DNA of 64,000 nucleotides, taken from NCBI GenBank assembly GCA_035491515.1, contig DATJKM010000164.1, forward strand, positions 7,640-71,639. Reading direction: 5' to 3'. Every line of letters begins with the position of its first letter. The stretch's first letter is position 1. Shown here in pieces: positions 28,454 to 38,951 of this stretch. This stretch comes from Candidatus Udaeobacter sp. Its GTDB lineage: Bacteria > Bacillota > Bacilli > Paenibacillales > Paenibacillaceae. Under the pieces are notes generated by a model. That model saw only the letters and a program-made list of their open reading frames with translations, had not been told where the DNA came from and searched no databases. The translations under genes were made by a program, and so were the position numbers.

Positions 28454-29698
28454 TTATTTTGTGCTCGCTTGCAGGCTGTCCAAAATTTCCTGCGGCGTCT
28501 TCTTGGCACCGCCGAGAATCGTCGCCTCAAGCTGATTGACCAGCTCATCCTTGAATTTCTTCGATTCCGCCGGGTAGGCGAAGTCAGAACTGTATTCCAT
28601 CGCCGGTTGAACGGCTTTGAACTCCGGATTCGCATCGAAATATTTAGCGGATAGGCTGCTAACGGCCGAATTGTTGCCGATAGCGAGGAAGTCTGTCTGG
28701 GTTTTCTCATTTGTCATGTAGTACGCCGCTTGCAGCGCCGCATCCTTATTATCCGAGTCTTTCAACACGACGTATGCGTCGGATATCATCGTGCTTCCGT
28801 TCGCTGTCCCTTTCGGCACCGGCACAACCGCGTACTTCAGGTTTGGCGCGGCATCCTTAAGAAAGCCTTTGTACCAGTAACCGCCCGTAGTCATTGCCGT
28901 TTTGCCATTGGAGAACACTTCTCCGTCCCAGCCGTAGCCGAGCGACTTCGGCGTTACTGCTACGCCTTCCTTGTACAGGTCGAATATTTTTTGAAGCGCC
29001 TGTACGTTCTCCTTGCTGTTGACCGTCTTGCCGTTGCCCCAATCTCCGCCGTAGCTCTTCACATAATTGCTGATATGGTACGGATCCAGGTTGATCGTAA
29101 TACCGTAAACGTCTTTGCTCGTCAGCTTCTTAGCCGCTGCTTCGACTTCATCCCAAGTGGTCGGGTACGCGCCGAGGCCGGCATTTTTCCACATATCTTC
29201 ATTGATGAAGAACATCGCCGGCGAGCTGCTGTTCGGAATGGCGTACAGCTTGTTGTCCACCTTCCAGATGTTCGTGACGGACTCGGTGAATTTGCTCATG
29301 TCCACGCCCGTGGATGCGACCAAATCATCAAGCGGTGCAAATAGTCCTTTGCTGATGTACTCGTAGGAGCCTTCATTCGAAACTTTAATAAAATCAGGTG
29401 CGACATGCGCCGCTATCTCACCAGGCAGAGCGTTCCAGAACTGGTCACTGCTCGGATACTGTTTGATCTTCAGCTCAATGTTCGGGTACTGCTCTCCGAT
29501 AGAATCCGCGGCCGCTTGATAGATCTTCAAGTCCTGCGCCGTTCCCCAAAAACCCATCGTTATCGTTGTTTTTTTGCCGTTGTTGCCCGCGCCCCCGGCT
29601 GCTCCGCTATTTTTGTCTTTGTTGCTGCAGGCCGCAAGCGCGAATAAAAGCATGAAGGATAGAATCAACAGGATTGAATTTTTCACATTTTTTCTCAT
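28454..29698 (-). CDS. ABC transporter substrate-binding lipoprotein
   Basis: Lipobox LFALAACS; start after AGGGGGA. Confidence 0.85.
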   Translation of the reverse strand: MRKNVKNSILLILSFMLLFALAACSNKDKNSGAAGGAGNNGKKTTITMGFWGTAQDLKIYQAAADSIGEQYPNIELKIKQYPSSDQFWNALPGEIAAHVAPDFIKVSNEGSYEYISKGLFAPLDDLVASTGVDMSKFTESVTNIWKVDNKLYAIPNSSSPAMFFINEDMWKNAGLGAYPTTWDEVEAAAKKLTSKDVYGITINLDPYHISNYVKSYGGDWGNGKTVNSKENVQALQKIFDLYKEGVAVTPKSLGYGWDGEVFSNGKTAMTTGGYWYKGFLKDAAPNLKYAVVPVPKGTANGSTMISDAYVVLKDSDNKDAALQAAYYMTNEKTQTDFLAIGNNSAVSSLSAKYFDANPEFKAVQPAMEYSSDFAYPAESKKFKDELVNQLEATILGGAKKTPQEILDSLQASTK

Positions 29699-29867
29699 TT
29701 TCATCCCCCTAAAGATGTAATGTTGTCCAACTAGACGTATCATAACGTGTCCGCAGACAAAAAAAAATTAATCAAATAATGATTAATTTAATGAAATGCA
29801 CATCTTTTATGTAGCCTTCCCTTAATCTGAAAGCACTTTTATTCCTGTTTACTTTTCTTTATTGAAA

Positions 29868-31412
29868 TCAACCTGTTTCCCTGCGGTAATCCTTTGGGGC
29901 CATGCCGACATATTTTTGAAACACGATGGCGAAGTGAACCTGGCTTTTGAAGCCGACCATCTCCGCGACCTCGTAGATTTTATAGTTGGAGTCCTTCAGA
30001 AGCTCCTTTGCCTTCTCGATCCGCACCTCATTTAAGTAATCGAATAAGCCCCGGTTGACCTCTTGCTTGAACAGCCTGCTAATATAATTGGGGCTGTTCT
30101 GGAATAAATCCCCGAGCATTTTGAGCGAGATCGGTTCCTTGTAGTTGGTTTCGAGGTACTGCAGGATGCGTCGAACCAGCGGATTATACTCTTTGACGAA
30201 GCCGGTAATCTTCTCTTTCAGCTTGACGTTGAACAGCTTGTGATAATAGGCGGACAGCTCCTGGAACGACTCGATATCCTCCGCTCCGCTTGCCTGCATC
30301 CAATAGTCTTCCCCATTCTGAAACATAAACAGCAGGCCCTCATAGGTTTTCTTCACATCCCGCTCGGTCAACAGTTCGTGCTGCTCCACCAGCTGTTCCC
30401 AGCCCTGCATATTTTGCGCGAATCGTTCGTACTTCTGCTCCATAAGGCCGCTTTTCATCCCGGTTACGCAAGTTTGAAGCTGCTCCAGCAGCTGCTCATC
30501 GTTTCCTTGACGGGGACGGTAATAGAACAGCGGTTCGTCGGGTTGATAAAATTTCGTCTCAAGCGCCTGCTTGGCCTGCTGAAACGCCTGCGGGACATTG
30601 CGAAGCAAATGAAACGGTTCGCTGATGCCGAATACGGTGTCGATGTTCACGAACCGCTTGAGCGAGGAATGAATCAGCACCACCATATCGTTAACATGCG
30701 AGAACGCGGCCTGTACGCTCTTCGATTGACTGTATCCGAAAATGACAGCAAACCGATTTTCATCTACGTGAACGAATTCGGCTTCGCATTCTTTGACCAG
30801 TATCTCGGAGAGCAGATGACGGATCGTGTTTGGCAAAATGATCGAGCTTTCCTTAGCGTAACGCTTCATGATCTGCGCATACAGCTTCACAGTGAACAAG
30901 ACAACATACAAATTCCCTTCCGGCAGGCCGGTTAGACCAATCTGTTCCCGCTGTCCGTGTCCGGTGAGCAGCTGACGCAGCGCATCTTCCTTGCCTTGCT
31001 TGTAGTTGTCTGCCCCCGTTGCGCTCTGCTCCCCGGTCACGGTCAATTCCTCGTTTAACTTGTTCAAAACGCTGATCACTTCGTCGACATTCATGCTCGG
31101 CTTATGAAAATAATCAACCGCTCCCAGTTTCAGCGCTTGCTTCACATGAATAAAATCGTCAAAGCTGCTTAAAATGATCACTTTGGTGCTGAGTCCCTGT
31201 TTCCGAATTTCAGTAAGCACTTCGATGCCGTCCTTCTTCGGCATCTTGATATCGAGCAGCACGACATCCGGCTTCAGCTCCGCAATGAGCCGCAGCGCCT
31301 CCTCTCCATCGGCCGCTTCGCCGACGATCTCGATGCCAGCTTCCTTCATGCCGAACGATGATTTAATTCCGATCCGCACCAGCGGCTCGTCATCCACGAT
31401 GACGATTCTCAT
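29868..31412 (-). CDS. response regulator, CheY + AraC HTH (YesN-type)
   Basis: MRIVIVDDEPLVR...DIKMPKKDG receiver and C-terminal HTH_18. Confidence 0.9.
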   Translation of the reverse strand: MRIVIVDDEPLVRIGIKSSFGMKEAGIEIVGEAADGEEALRLIAELKPDVVLLDIKMPKKDGIEVLTEIRKQGLSTKVIILSSFDDFIHVKQALKLGAVDYFHKPSMNVDEVISVLNKLNEELTVTGEQSATGADNYKQGKEDALRQLLTGHGQREQIGLTGLPEGNLYVVLFTVKLYAQIMKRYAKESSIILPNTIRHLLSEILVKECEAEFVHVDENRFAVIFGYSQSKSVQAAFSHVNDMVVLIHSSLKRFVNIDTVFGISEPFHLLRNVPQAFQQAKQALETKFYQPDEPLFYYRPRQGNDEQLLEQLQTCVTGMKSGLMEQKYERFAQNMQGWEQLVEQHELLTERDVKKTYEGLLFMFQNGEDYWMQASGAEDIESFQELSAYYHKLFNVKLKEKITGFVKEYNPLVRRILQYLETNYKEPISLKMLGDLFQNSPNYISRLFKQEVNRGLFDYLNEVRIEKAKELLKDSNYKIYEVAEMVGFKSQVHFAIVFQKYVGMAPKDYRRETG

Positions 31413-33222
31413 TCGTATTCACCTCTTCTCGGTTCCGGATGATCGGTACGACGACTGTCGCAACGGTTCCGTCTCCCGGTTTGCTTGTAATGTCCAGCCC
31501 GCAGCTGTCACCGAAATGCAGCTTGATTCGTTTGCGGATATTTTTTACGCCGATCGAATTCAACTCGTTGGCCGAATGGCCGATTGACGCAAGCTCCTGC
31601 GTTGTCTGCTCCATGCCTCTGCCGTTATCCGAAACGGTCATGATCAGACTGCCCGCTTCCTGATGGATGCGAACGCTCAAATGCCCTTTATAAGCAATTC
31701 CATCAAAGCCGTGGAAGACGGCATTCTCGATCAAGGGCTGTAACAAAAATTTGAGCGTGTAGCAGGATGCCACCTGCGAATCGAAATCGAAGTCAACATC
31801 GAATTTATTAAAATATCGGAATTCAAGAATTTTGGTATAATCCCGGATAAACGCCGCCTCTTCGGCAACGGTGACGAAATCATCCTCCGCCTTGGCGGTA
31901 AATCGTATAACCGATGAGAACGCCGTCAGCGCTTCCTCAATGCCGGAAGCCCCCTGAATCTTCGCCATCCATTTGATAGCATTCAGCGTATTGTACATGA
32001 AGTGGGGCTTGATCTGAGACTGCAGCGCGAGCAGCTCCAGCTTCCGCTTATCCTGCTCTTCCCGGTAAATCTTCGCGATAAGCCTTCTGATCTCTTGGAG
32101 CATGTTGTCGATCGTAATGCTGATCTTGCCGACTTCCCCCTGCTGGATATCGATCGTCACGTCCAGATTGCCCTGAGCCACCAGCTTCATCTTTTTATGA
32201 AGGTTCAGAAGCGGTCTTGTGATGCTGGTCGCGATGTAGATGGACGTCAAGATCGACAAGCCAAGCAGCACCAGCAGCGAGATGGTTATCGTTCGGACGA
32301 TCGTATTGACGAAGCTGAACAGCTCGTTCTTCGGAATGATGGTTACCGCCTTCCAGTTCGTGACACCGGACGTTGACACGATCATGAAGTGGTCTCGGTT
32401 CTGCCTGGTCTCCGGCTGATCTTCGCTAACCTGCACGTAATTGTCACCGATGACATCAGCAGCGGGCTGCCCGATCTCGTTCTTATTTTTGCTGTAGATG
32501 ATTCGGTGATAGTCATCCACCAGATAGAAACTAGTATGCTCGGTAAAAGGAATGTCGCCCCATAGCGTCTTGAGCTTATCGACGCTAATATTGAGCAGAA
32601 TCAAACCAAGCACTTCCCTCGAATACGGGTCGACGATCGCCCGCCCGATGGATACAATCGGCTTCGCGTTAGGAGACATCAGCTTGTCGGGGTGCACGCC
32701 GACCGCCATGTACTCGCCGTTCTTGTTGATGATAGCTTTAAAGAAAAGTTCGTCCGAAAACCCGTTCTCCAAATAATGATGGTTCATATAATCATCGTTG
32801 CTCCTGCCGATAATGATCCGGTTCTTGGTTTGATAAATAACGATGGAGTCGATCAGATCGGAATACAGCAGCATATTGTTTTTCACGATGGCCCCGGCTG
32901 TATCGTAATCAAGTTCCCGTTCGTAAAGCGGGTACGGCAGCGCCGTATAGTCTTTATGCATCATCTGCAGCAGCGTCTTGTCCTGAACCGGATACATGGA
33001 CAGCCGCAGGATCGGGTGCAGCGACGTTTCGATGTTTCGGATAATTTGCTTATTATTTTCCACTGCCGCGTCTACGATCATGGATTGGTTAGAATCCATG
33101 TACAACCAGGACAGCGTCCCTCCGATGATGACGAACGGGATAACGATAATGCATGCGAAAGCGAGTATCAGCTTTGCCCGCAGGGTCGACTGCCGAAAGC
33201 GTTCTTTGATGGAATTCCACAT
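31390..33222 (-). CDS. sensor histidine kinase (YesM-type)
   Basis: QIKPHFMYNTLN H-box and HATPase_c; 23-nt overlap with the downstream regulator. Confidence 0.9.
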   Translation of the reverse strand: MWNSIKERFRQSTLRAKLILAFACIIVIPFVIIGGTLSWLYMDSNQSMIVDAAVENNKQIIRNIETSLHPILRLSMYPVQDKTLLQMMHKDYTALPYPLYERELDYDTAGAIVKNNMLLYSDLIDSIVIYQTKNRIIIGRSNDDYMNHHYLENGFSDELFFKAIINKNGEYMAVGVHPDKLMSPNAKPIVSIGRAIVDPYSREVLGLILLNISVDKLKTLWGDIPFTEHTSFYLVDDYHRIIYSKNKNEIGQPAADVIGDNYVQVSEDQPETRQNRDHFMIVSTSGVTNWKAVTIIPKNELFSFVNTIVRTITISLLVLLGLSILTSIYIATSITRPLLNLHKKMKLVAQGNLDVTIDIQQGEVGKISITIDNMLQEIRRLIAKIYREEQDKRKLELLALQSQIKPHFMYNTLNAIKWMAKIQGASGIEEALTAFSSVIRFTAKAEDDFVTVAEEAAFIRDYTKILEFRYFNKFDVDFDFDSQVASCYTLKFLLQPLIENAVFHGFDGIAYKGHLSVRIHQEAGSLIMTVSDNGRGMEQTTQELASIGHSANELNSIGVKNIRKRIKLHFGDSCGLDITSKPGDGTVATVVVPIIRNREEVNTNENRHRG

Positions 33223-33504
33223 AACTCAGGTCACTCTTCTTCTATATAAAATAAGGAACGCTATCTATCTTAACGCAGAACGCCTTTCATTTCAGCACAA
33301 TTTTACCAGCTAGCGTAAACGACCTGAAAGAATCCAGCTTGCTTGCGAACAGCCAAACTCGCTGTAAGGTTTCCCCATACCCACAAAACAGATGCGTCCT
33401 TGGAAAAAATATTCGTCATAAGGCTTTCATAAGTTATAATAGTTAATCGGCAGGGATTGACCGCTTCACCGATAAATCACCTAATCGATACGGGGGGTTC
33501 TATT

Positions 33505-34353
33505 ATGGAAAATTTGCCTAATATACATTTCCTTACCGATCTCGACGGAACGCTGCTGCAATCGGATGCGTCCTTGTCCGAGTATACGGTTAACGTCATT
33601 AACAACGCTTTGAAGCAAGGAATTATCATTAGCTATGCAACCGCAAGAAGCTATATCAGCTCTCACAAAATCGTTTCTGTTATTTCGTGGAAATATCCTA
33701 TTATTTTATATAATGGCGCCGTTATTTTTGATCCGGTTTCATCGAAGGTTATAGGCGGATATTGGCTGGATATCGAAACGACGAATGAAATCATTAAACT
33801 GGGAAGAGGACAAGGCCTGATCCCGTTTTTATTTGCGCTGGATGAGGAAGATAAGGAACGTGTGCTGCATGAGAAATTACTCCGGACCGGTGACTTGAAA
33901 TTTTACGAAAGCCGTCCTGGCGATCCCCGATTTGGAGAAATGCCGCAGCTGGAATGCCCCGATTCGTTTAGAACGCTAATCATTACCTATATTGGACTGC
34001 TAGAAGAGCTTGAACCGTTAAAAGCTGAGATACAGCAACAACTCGGAAATCGGGTTCATGTCCACCTCATGAAGGATCAATATATAGAAAATCATTATTT
34101 TCTGGAGTTTAGCCACCGCATGGCTAATAAAAAAGAAGGGCTTAGACAATGGTCCGAGCTTATGCATTGTCAGCCTGGGGAAGTGACGGTATTCGGAGAT
34201 AATCTGAACGATTTAGGGATGTTTGAAGCGGCAGGAACCAAGGTCGCCGTGTCCAATGCGCATACAGCGCTTATTGAGCTGTCAACGCATGTGGCAGAGA
34301 GTAACGACGAGGACGGCGTTGCAAAATATATTGCGAGCGTGACTGTTAAATAA
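33505..34353 (+). CDS. Cof-type HAD-IIB family hydrolase
   Basis: FLTDLDGTLL motif I and GDNLNDLGMF motif IV. Confidence 0.8.
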   Translation: MENLPNIHFLTDLDGTLLQSDASLSEYTVNVINNALKQGIIISYATARSYISSHKIVSVISWKYPIILYNGAVIFDPVSSKVIGGYWLDIETTNEIIKLGRGQGLIPFLFALDEEDKERVLHEKLLRTGDLKFYESRPGDPRFGEMPQLECPDSFRTLIITYIGLLEELEPLKAEIQQQLGNRVHVHLMKDQYIENHYFLEFSHRMANKKEGLRQWSELMHCQPGEVTVFGDNLNDLGMFEAAGTKVAVSNAHTALIELSTHVAESNDEDGVAKYIASVTVK

Positions 34354-34413
34354 ATAAGGGATGCCTTTCGTGAATACGTGACGCATCCCTTGCGGCCGGT
34401 CAATCCTGAATGT

Positions 34414-35706
34414 TTATTCAACTGGAAGGATGATTTCAACGGTTGTCCCTTGATTAACTTTACTTGTTATTGACATACTCCCTCTGTGTCCTTCTATTAT
34501 TTTATTCGTTACCATTAATCCGAGCCCCGTTCCTGTCTCTTTGGTGGAATGAAACGGTTCGCCCAGCTTGGGCAGTTGTTCCTCAGGGATGCCGATGCCT
34601 TGATCAATAAACCGGATTAATATTTCATTAGGCTGAACATTTTTAACTTGAATAAGGATTACGCCTCCATCGTCCATCGCTTCCAGAGCATTTTTAAGAA
34701 TATTAATAAAAACCTGCTTCATCTGATTTTCATCGCACTTGATTAAAGGAATGCCACAATCATATTCTGTTATCATTTGTACATTCATCAGATTTGCCTG
34801 TGCGCCAAGCAGCATGACGATATTACGAAGTATGCTTTCCAAATTTTTTTCTTCCAGAGAGCGGACTGCCTGCGGATTTGAAACAATCATAAATTCATTT
34901 ACGATAAAATTGATTCGTTCGATCTCGGCTTGCATAATCTCAAAATAGTTTTTATAACCAAGATTTTTTGAATTTAATAGTTGTAAAAACCCTTTCAAAG
35001 AAGTCAACGGGTTTCGGATTTCATGCGCAACTCCCGCTGCCAATTGCCCTACTACGGAGAGCTTTTCAGACTTCCTGATCATTTCCTCCGTTCGCTTTCG
35101 CTCCGTTATATCTCTCATCACATTTTGAATCACGGGTTTACCCAAATATTCATCAATACAGATGCATGAGGTTTCGACGTCTATAATTTCTCCATCCATC
35201 CGGATAATCTTCTGCTCGATGCATTCTGAACGTTCTTCCGTCGGCATAATGGTCTGAATCCGCTCTGTTGCAAGCTCATGATAATCAGGATGTAAGAAAT
35301 CAAAGAATGGTTTACCGATCACATCCTCAATTCTGGATGCCCCAACTACTTTCAAAGCAGCATCGTTCGCATAGATCAAAATACCGTCGCTATGGATGGT
35401 GATGGGTTCAGGCGAAAGCTTAATGATTCTCCGGTATCTGGACTCGCTGTCGCGAAGCATTTCTTCTATTTGATTCCGCTTAAAATTGTTACGCTGCATA
35501 AATAAATAAAGCAGCCAAGCCATTACAACGATAAAGAATAAGCCTTTAATCGTTTGTATTCTAGTTATCGTTTCCTCATTCTTGAAGATTACAAATAACA
35601 TATAATCTGTAAATACGATCCACAATACTGTGATAATAATAAAGGCAAAAACGATTTTTAAAATTTCAAATCTTTCATTGGACTTTTTCTGTCTACTTGA
35701 GCCCAT
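34414..35706 (-). CDS. PAS-domain sensor histidine kinase (sporulation-kinase-like), paralog A
   Basis: 2 TM + PAS + HisKA (AHEIRNPLTSLKG) + HATPase_c. Confidence 0.85.
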   Translation of the reverse strand: MGSSRQKKSNERFEILKIVFAFIIITVLWIVFTDYMLFVIFKNEETITRIQTIKGLFFIVVMAWLLYLFMQRNNFKRNQIEEMLRDSESRYRRIIKLSPEPITIHSDGILIYANDAALKVVGASRIEDVIGKPFFDFLHPDYHELATERIQTIMPTEERSECIEQKIIRMDGEIIDVETSCICIDEYLGKPVIQNVMRDITERKRTEEMIRKSEKLSVVGQLAAGVAHEIRNPLTSLKGFLQLLNSKNLGYKNYFEIMQAEIERINFIVNEFMIVSNPQAVRSLEEKNLESILRNIVMLLGAQANLMNVQMITEYDCGIPLIKCDENQMKQVFINILKNALEAMDDGGVILIQVKNVQPNEILIRFIDQGIGIPEEQLPKLGEPFHSTKETGTGLGLMVTNKIIEGHRGSMSITSKVNQGTTVEIILPVE

Positions 35707-35828
35707 CTAAATTCCCTTCTTTTCTCAATGTTTTAGCTCGCAGAAGCTTATATTATTCGAAGAGTCATTTCCCTAACAAGTGAACATTCCATATGAAGGT
35801 GAACTTTTCCTCCTTTCTCGTGAAAATG

Positions 35829-35858
35829 TTTACAAAGTTCATACAAGGCGTGTAGAAT
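35829..35858 (+). promoter_or_regulatory. candidate sigma-A promoter of the ABC-2 operon
   Basis: TTTACA-18 nt-TAGAAT about 75 nt upstream of 35933. Confidence 0.3.
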
Positions 35859-35932
35859 TTTGTTGCAACCGCTCTCACGTACTCTTATACTGATAAATAT
35901 TTACAATAGAGCGTATTTTAAGGGGGTCATCT

Positions 35933-36730
35933 ATGCTGTATGCTTATTGGTACATTACAAAAATGAAGCTGCTTACCGGATTGGCTTATCGCTTTGAGGT
36001 TTTTGCTTCCGTTGGCACCAATCTCATTCTGATGCTGGCATCCGTGTTCCTGTGGAAAGCCGCATATAGCGGAGGCACCCAGCAGGTTAATGCCCTTAAT
36101 CTTCAGGATCTAACTACCTATACCATCCTATCCATCATGCTTTCATCGGTATACGTCTGCGGCGTCCAGGACACCATTTACCGCAAAATCCGGGATGGAC
36201 AGATTGTTACCGACTTTTATCGCCCCATTCCTCTGCTCGCCTGTTATTTGGCTGACGATATCGGAGGCATGTTGAGCGCATTGATCAATAAAGTACTCCC
36301 TCTTTTCCTGTTCGCTGCTCTCTTCTTTGGCGTACCATGGCCATCTTCCGGCATTAGCCTGCTGCTGTTTATCCCCTGCTGTCTATTAAGCTACGGCATT
36401 TTATGGCTGCTTAGCGCGCTTGTAGGCTTAATTGCATTCTGGGTTATGGAGATCGGCAATATGGGCATGGTCAAGGACAGCATCGTTCGCGTATTGTCCG
36501 GCAGCATCGTGCCGCTCTGGTTTTTTCCGGAAAGCGTTCAGACGGTATCGAAATTTCTTCCTTTTCAATATACCTATCAGACTCCGCTCGGCATTTACAT
36601 AGGCAATATCGGAACTAGAGAGGCACTCGCGGCCATGGGCATTCAATTTATATGGATTGCCGTCTTGTTTATGCTGCTTGCGGCCGGATGGAAGCGAACC
36701 AAGACGAAGACATTAATTCAAGGAGGCTGA
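35933..36730 (+). CDS. ABC-2 family transporter permease
   Basis: 6-TM hydrophobic protein, first of two permease paralogs preceding an ATPase. Confidence 0.75.
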   Translation: MLYAYWYITKMKLLTGLAYRFEVFASVGTNLILMLASVFLWKAAYSGGTQQVNALNLQDLTTYTILSIMLSSVYVCGVQDTIYRKIRDGQIVTDFYRPIPLLACYLADDIGGMLSALINKVLPLFLFAALFFGVPWPSSGISLLLFIPCCLLSYGILWLLSALVGLIAFWVMEIGNMGMVKDSIVRVLSGSIVPLWFFPESVQTVSKFLPFQYTYQTPLGIYIGNIGTREALAAMGIQFIWIAVLFMLLAAGWKRTKTKTLIQGG

Positions 36731-36740
36731 AAAGCACACG

Positions 36741-37559
36741 ATGGTATCGTCCATACGTCATTACGCCTCTGTTGCAGCCTGCTTTGCCCGGCTCGCTATT
36801 CAGCGGCAGCTTGAATATCCGTTATTTTTGTTCAGCTGGCTCCTTATGATTCCCATCCAGTATTTCTCTGGCATATGGATGCTGAAAATCATCGTCGACC
36901 GCTTTCAGCCCCTGAACGGCTGGGATTTTCCCGAGCTTACGTTTCTATACGGTCTAGGCCTGATCAGTCATGGCATTTTTGTTGTCTTCTTCATCAATAC
37001 ATGGCATATCGACCACATGGTTATTGACGGGCAGTTCGACCGGCTGCTGTTGCGCCCAATGAACGTCTTTTTCCAACTGGTCGCAAGCTATGTCAACTTT
37101 ATCGGCCTCATCGACTGTATTCCAGGTATTATCATTTTCATCTATGGCTGCCAATTAGTCGGCTTCGAGTGGACCTTCTTTAATGTCATCAAGTTTCTCC
37201 TGGTGCTGGCTGGGGGCGTCTTCATTCGCGCCGCATTATTCATTACGCTAGGGACGATTGCTTTCTGGACTAAACGAAATGCTTCCATGGTAGGCTTTGC
37301 CCTTGGCATGCTGGAGCGTGGAACGATGTATCCGCTCACGATTTATCCGCATATCATTCAGACGCTCTTCACGTTTGTGATTCCAATCGGGTTTATCAGC
37401 TTCTATCCGGCAGCCCAGTTTTTAGGCAAAAGCAGCGATGGACTGCAGCTGCCGCTTAGCTTCGCACTCATGACTCCGGCTATTGGAATGGTATGCTTCT
37501 TCTTGTCGCAATGGATTTTTCGAATCGGAATGAAAAGCTACGAGAGTGCTGGCTCATAA
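36741..37559 (+). CDS. ABC-2 family transporter permease
   Basis: Polytopic membrane protein directly downstream. Confidence 0.75.
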   Translation: MVSSIRHYASVAACFARLAIQRQLEYPLFLFSWLLMIPIQYFSGIWMLKIIVDRFQPLNGWDFPELTFLYGLGLISHGIFVVFFINTWHIDHMVIDGQFDRLLLRPMNVFFQLVASYVNFIGLIDCIPGIIIFIYGCQLVGFEWTFFNVIKFLLVLAGGVFIRAALFITLGTIAFWTKRNASMVGFALGMLERGTMYPLTIYPHIIQTLFTFVIPIGFISFYPAAQFLGKSSDGLQLPLSFALMTPAIGMVCFFLSQWIFRIGMKSYESAGS

Positions 37560-37568
37560 TAAAGCGAG

Positions 37569-38561
37569 GTGCAGGCAAACGTGGAAGCCGTAATTGAGGT
37601 TAATGATTTAGTGAAGGAATATATCGTAACGAAAAAAGAAAGCGGACTGCGGGGAGCCCTCAAAGGTCTCTTGTTCCCTGAGAAAAGTACGGTTCGCGGG
37701 GTGGACGGCATCAGCTTCTCGATTAATCCCGGAGAGATCGTCGGATATATCGGCCCTAACGGCGCGGGGAAAAGCACGACCATCAAAATGTTAACCGGCA
37801 TTTTGCATCCAACCTCCGGGTCTATTAAGGTATGCGGCATCTCACCTCAAGCGGACCGAAAATCTGTCGTGCGCAAGCTCGGGGTCGTATTCGGCCAACG
37901 GACGCAGCTTTATTGGGATTTGCGGCTTGGCGAATCATTCGAGCTGTTAAGGCGAATCTATCAAATCGATAAAACCAGCTATGAAGAAAGCTTGGCCATA
38001 CTGACCGATGTGCTTAAGCTAAACGAGTTCATCAACACGCCGGTGCGTCAATTGTCTCTTGGGCAGCGAATGCGCGGCGACTTGGCCGCGGCCATGCTCC
38101 ATTCGCCTTCCATCCTGTTTCTCGACGAGCCGACGATCGGCCTCGATGCAGACGCGAAGCATGCCATTCGCAATTTCATCAAGGAAATAAACCGTAAACG
38201 GGGAGTAACCGTTATCCTGACGACACATGACCTTGATGATGTCGAGGAGCTATGCAGCCGTTTGGTCGTCGTCAATCACGGAAAAGTCGTGGAGGATGGC
38301 CCGATCGAATCGCTTATTCATAAGCTAACGCCGCATCGTCTGCTTGTCGTTGAGCTGGAGCATCCCTGCGATGATCTGGCGCACCCTTCTGCGGAAATCA
38401 TTAAATGTGACGGGCTGAAAATCTGGTATCAGTTCGAGAAAGAACGCATATCCGCAGCAGAGCTTATTTCCGATCTGTCGCAGAAGCTGCCGATTCAGGA
38501 TTTGAGCGTGAAGGAGCCTGACATCGAAGATGCGATCCGGGAAGTGTACAAAACGACGTAA
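37569..38561 (+). CDS. ABC transporter ATP-binding protein
   Basis: Walker A GPNGAGKST, signature LSLGQRM, Walker B ILFLDEPT; start could be the GTG at 37581. Confidence 0.85.
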   Translation: MQANVEAVIEVNDLVKEYIVTKKESGLRGALKGLLFPEKSTVRGVDGISFSINPGEIVGYIGPNGAGKSTTIKMLTGILHPTSGSIKVCGISPQADRKSVVRKLGVVFGQRTQLYWDLRLGESFELLRRIYQIDKTSYEESLAILTDVLKLNEFINTPVRQLSLGQRMRGDLAAAMLHSPSILFLDEPTIGLDADAKHAIRNFIKEINRKRGVTVILTTHDLDDVEELCSRLVVVNHGKVVEDGPIESLIHKLTPHRLLVVELEHPCDDLAHPSAEIIKCDGLKIWYQFEKERISAAELISDLSQKLPIQDLSVKEPDIEDAIREVYKTT

Positions 38562-38647
38562 AACTGAAAACCAATAAGGGGATATCTCAGAAGATAAATT
38601 GCAGGGACTCTTTCCATAACCGGGCCTAAGCATCTTTCTTTGCTGGG

Positions 38648-38840
38648 CAGTTTAATTCGATTTTCTGAAACTAATTGAAGTTAGTTATCTGTTAGCGGCC
38701 ATTTAGTTTGATTTTGCCTAATTATATAGCGTAATTGAGAGAGCAGCTTCTAAAAATGACCGATTACGTTTGCAAAATAGAGCTAATCCACCATCCTCGC
38801 ATCACGGGCGCGATTTAGTTTTGTGAAATGAAACTAAATC
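38648..38840. repeat. array of ATTTAGTT...AACTAAT hairpin-like repeats
   Basis: Best copy 38812-38840: GATTTAGTTT-tgtgaaatg-AAACTAAATC (perfect 10-bp arms). Weaker copies at 38648-38677, 38698-38726 and about 38762-38790. Confidence 0.55.
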
Positions 38841-38888
38841 ACATTTAAAATCATCGAATCGGCCGAATACACCCGCTTGCACATATCG

Positions 38889-38940
38889 AAAAAACAAAAA
38901 ATGGCTGTCTCCTAGGTTTTTAGACCTGTTGAGACAGCCG
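38889..38940 (-). terminator. Rho-independent terminator after mglC
   Basis: GGCTGTCTC / GAGACAGCC stem and T-rich tail on minus strand. Confidence 0.7.
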
Positions 38941-38951
38941 CTTAAAGCTTA

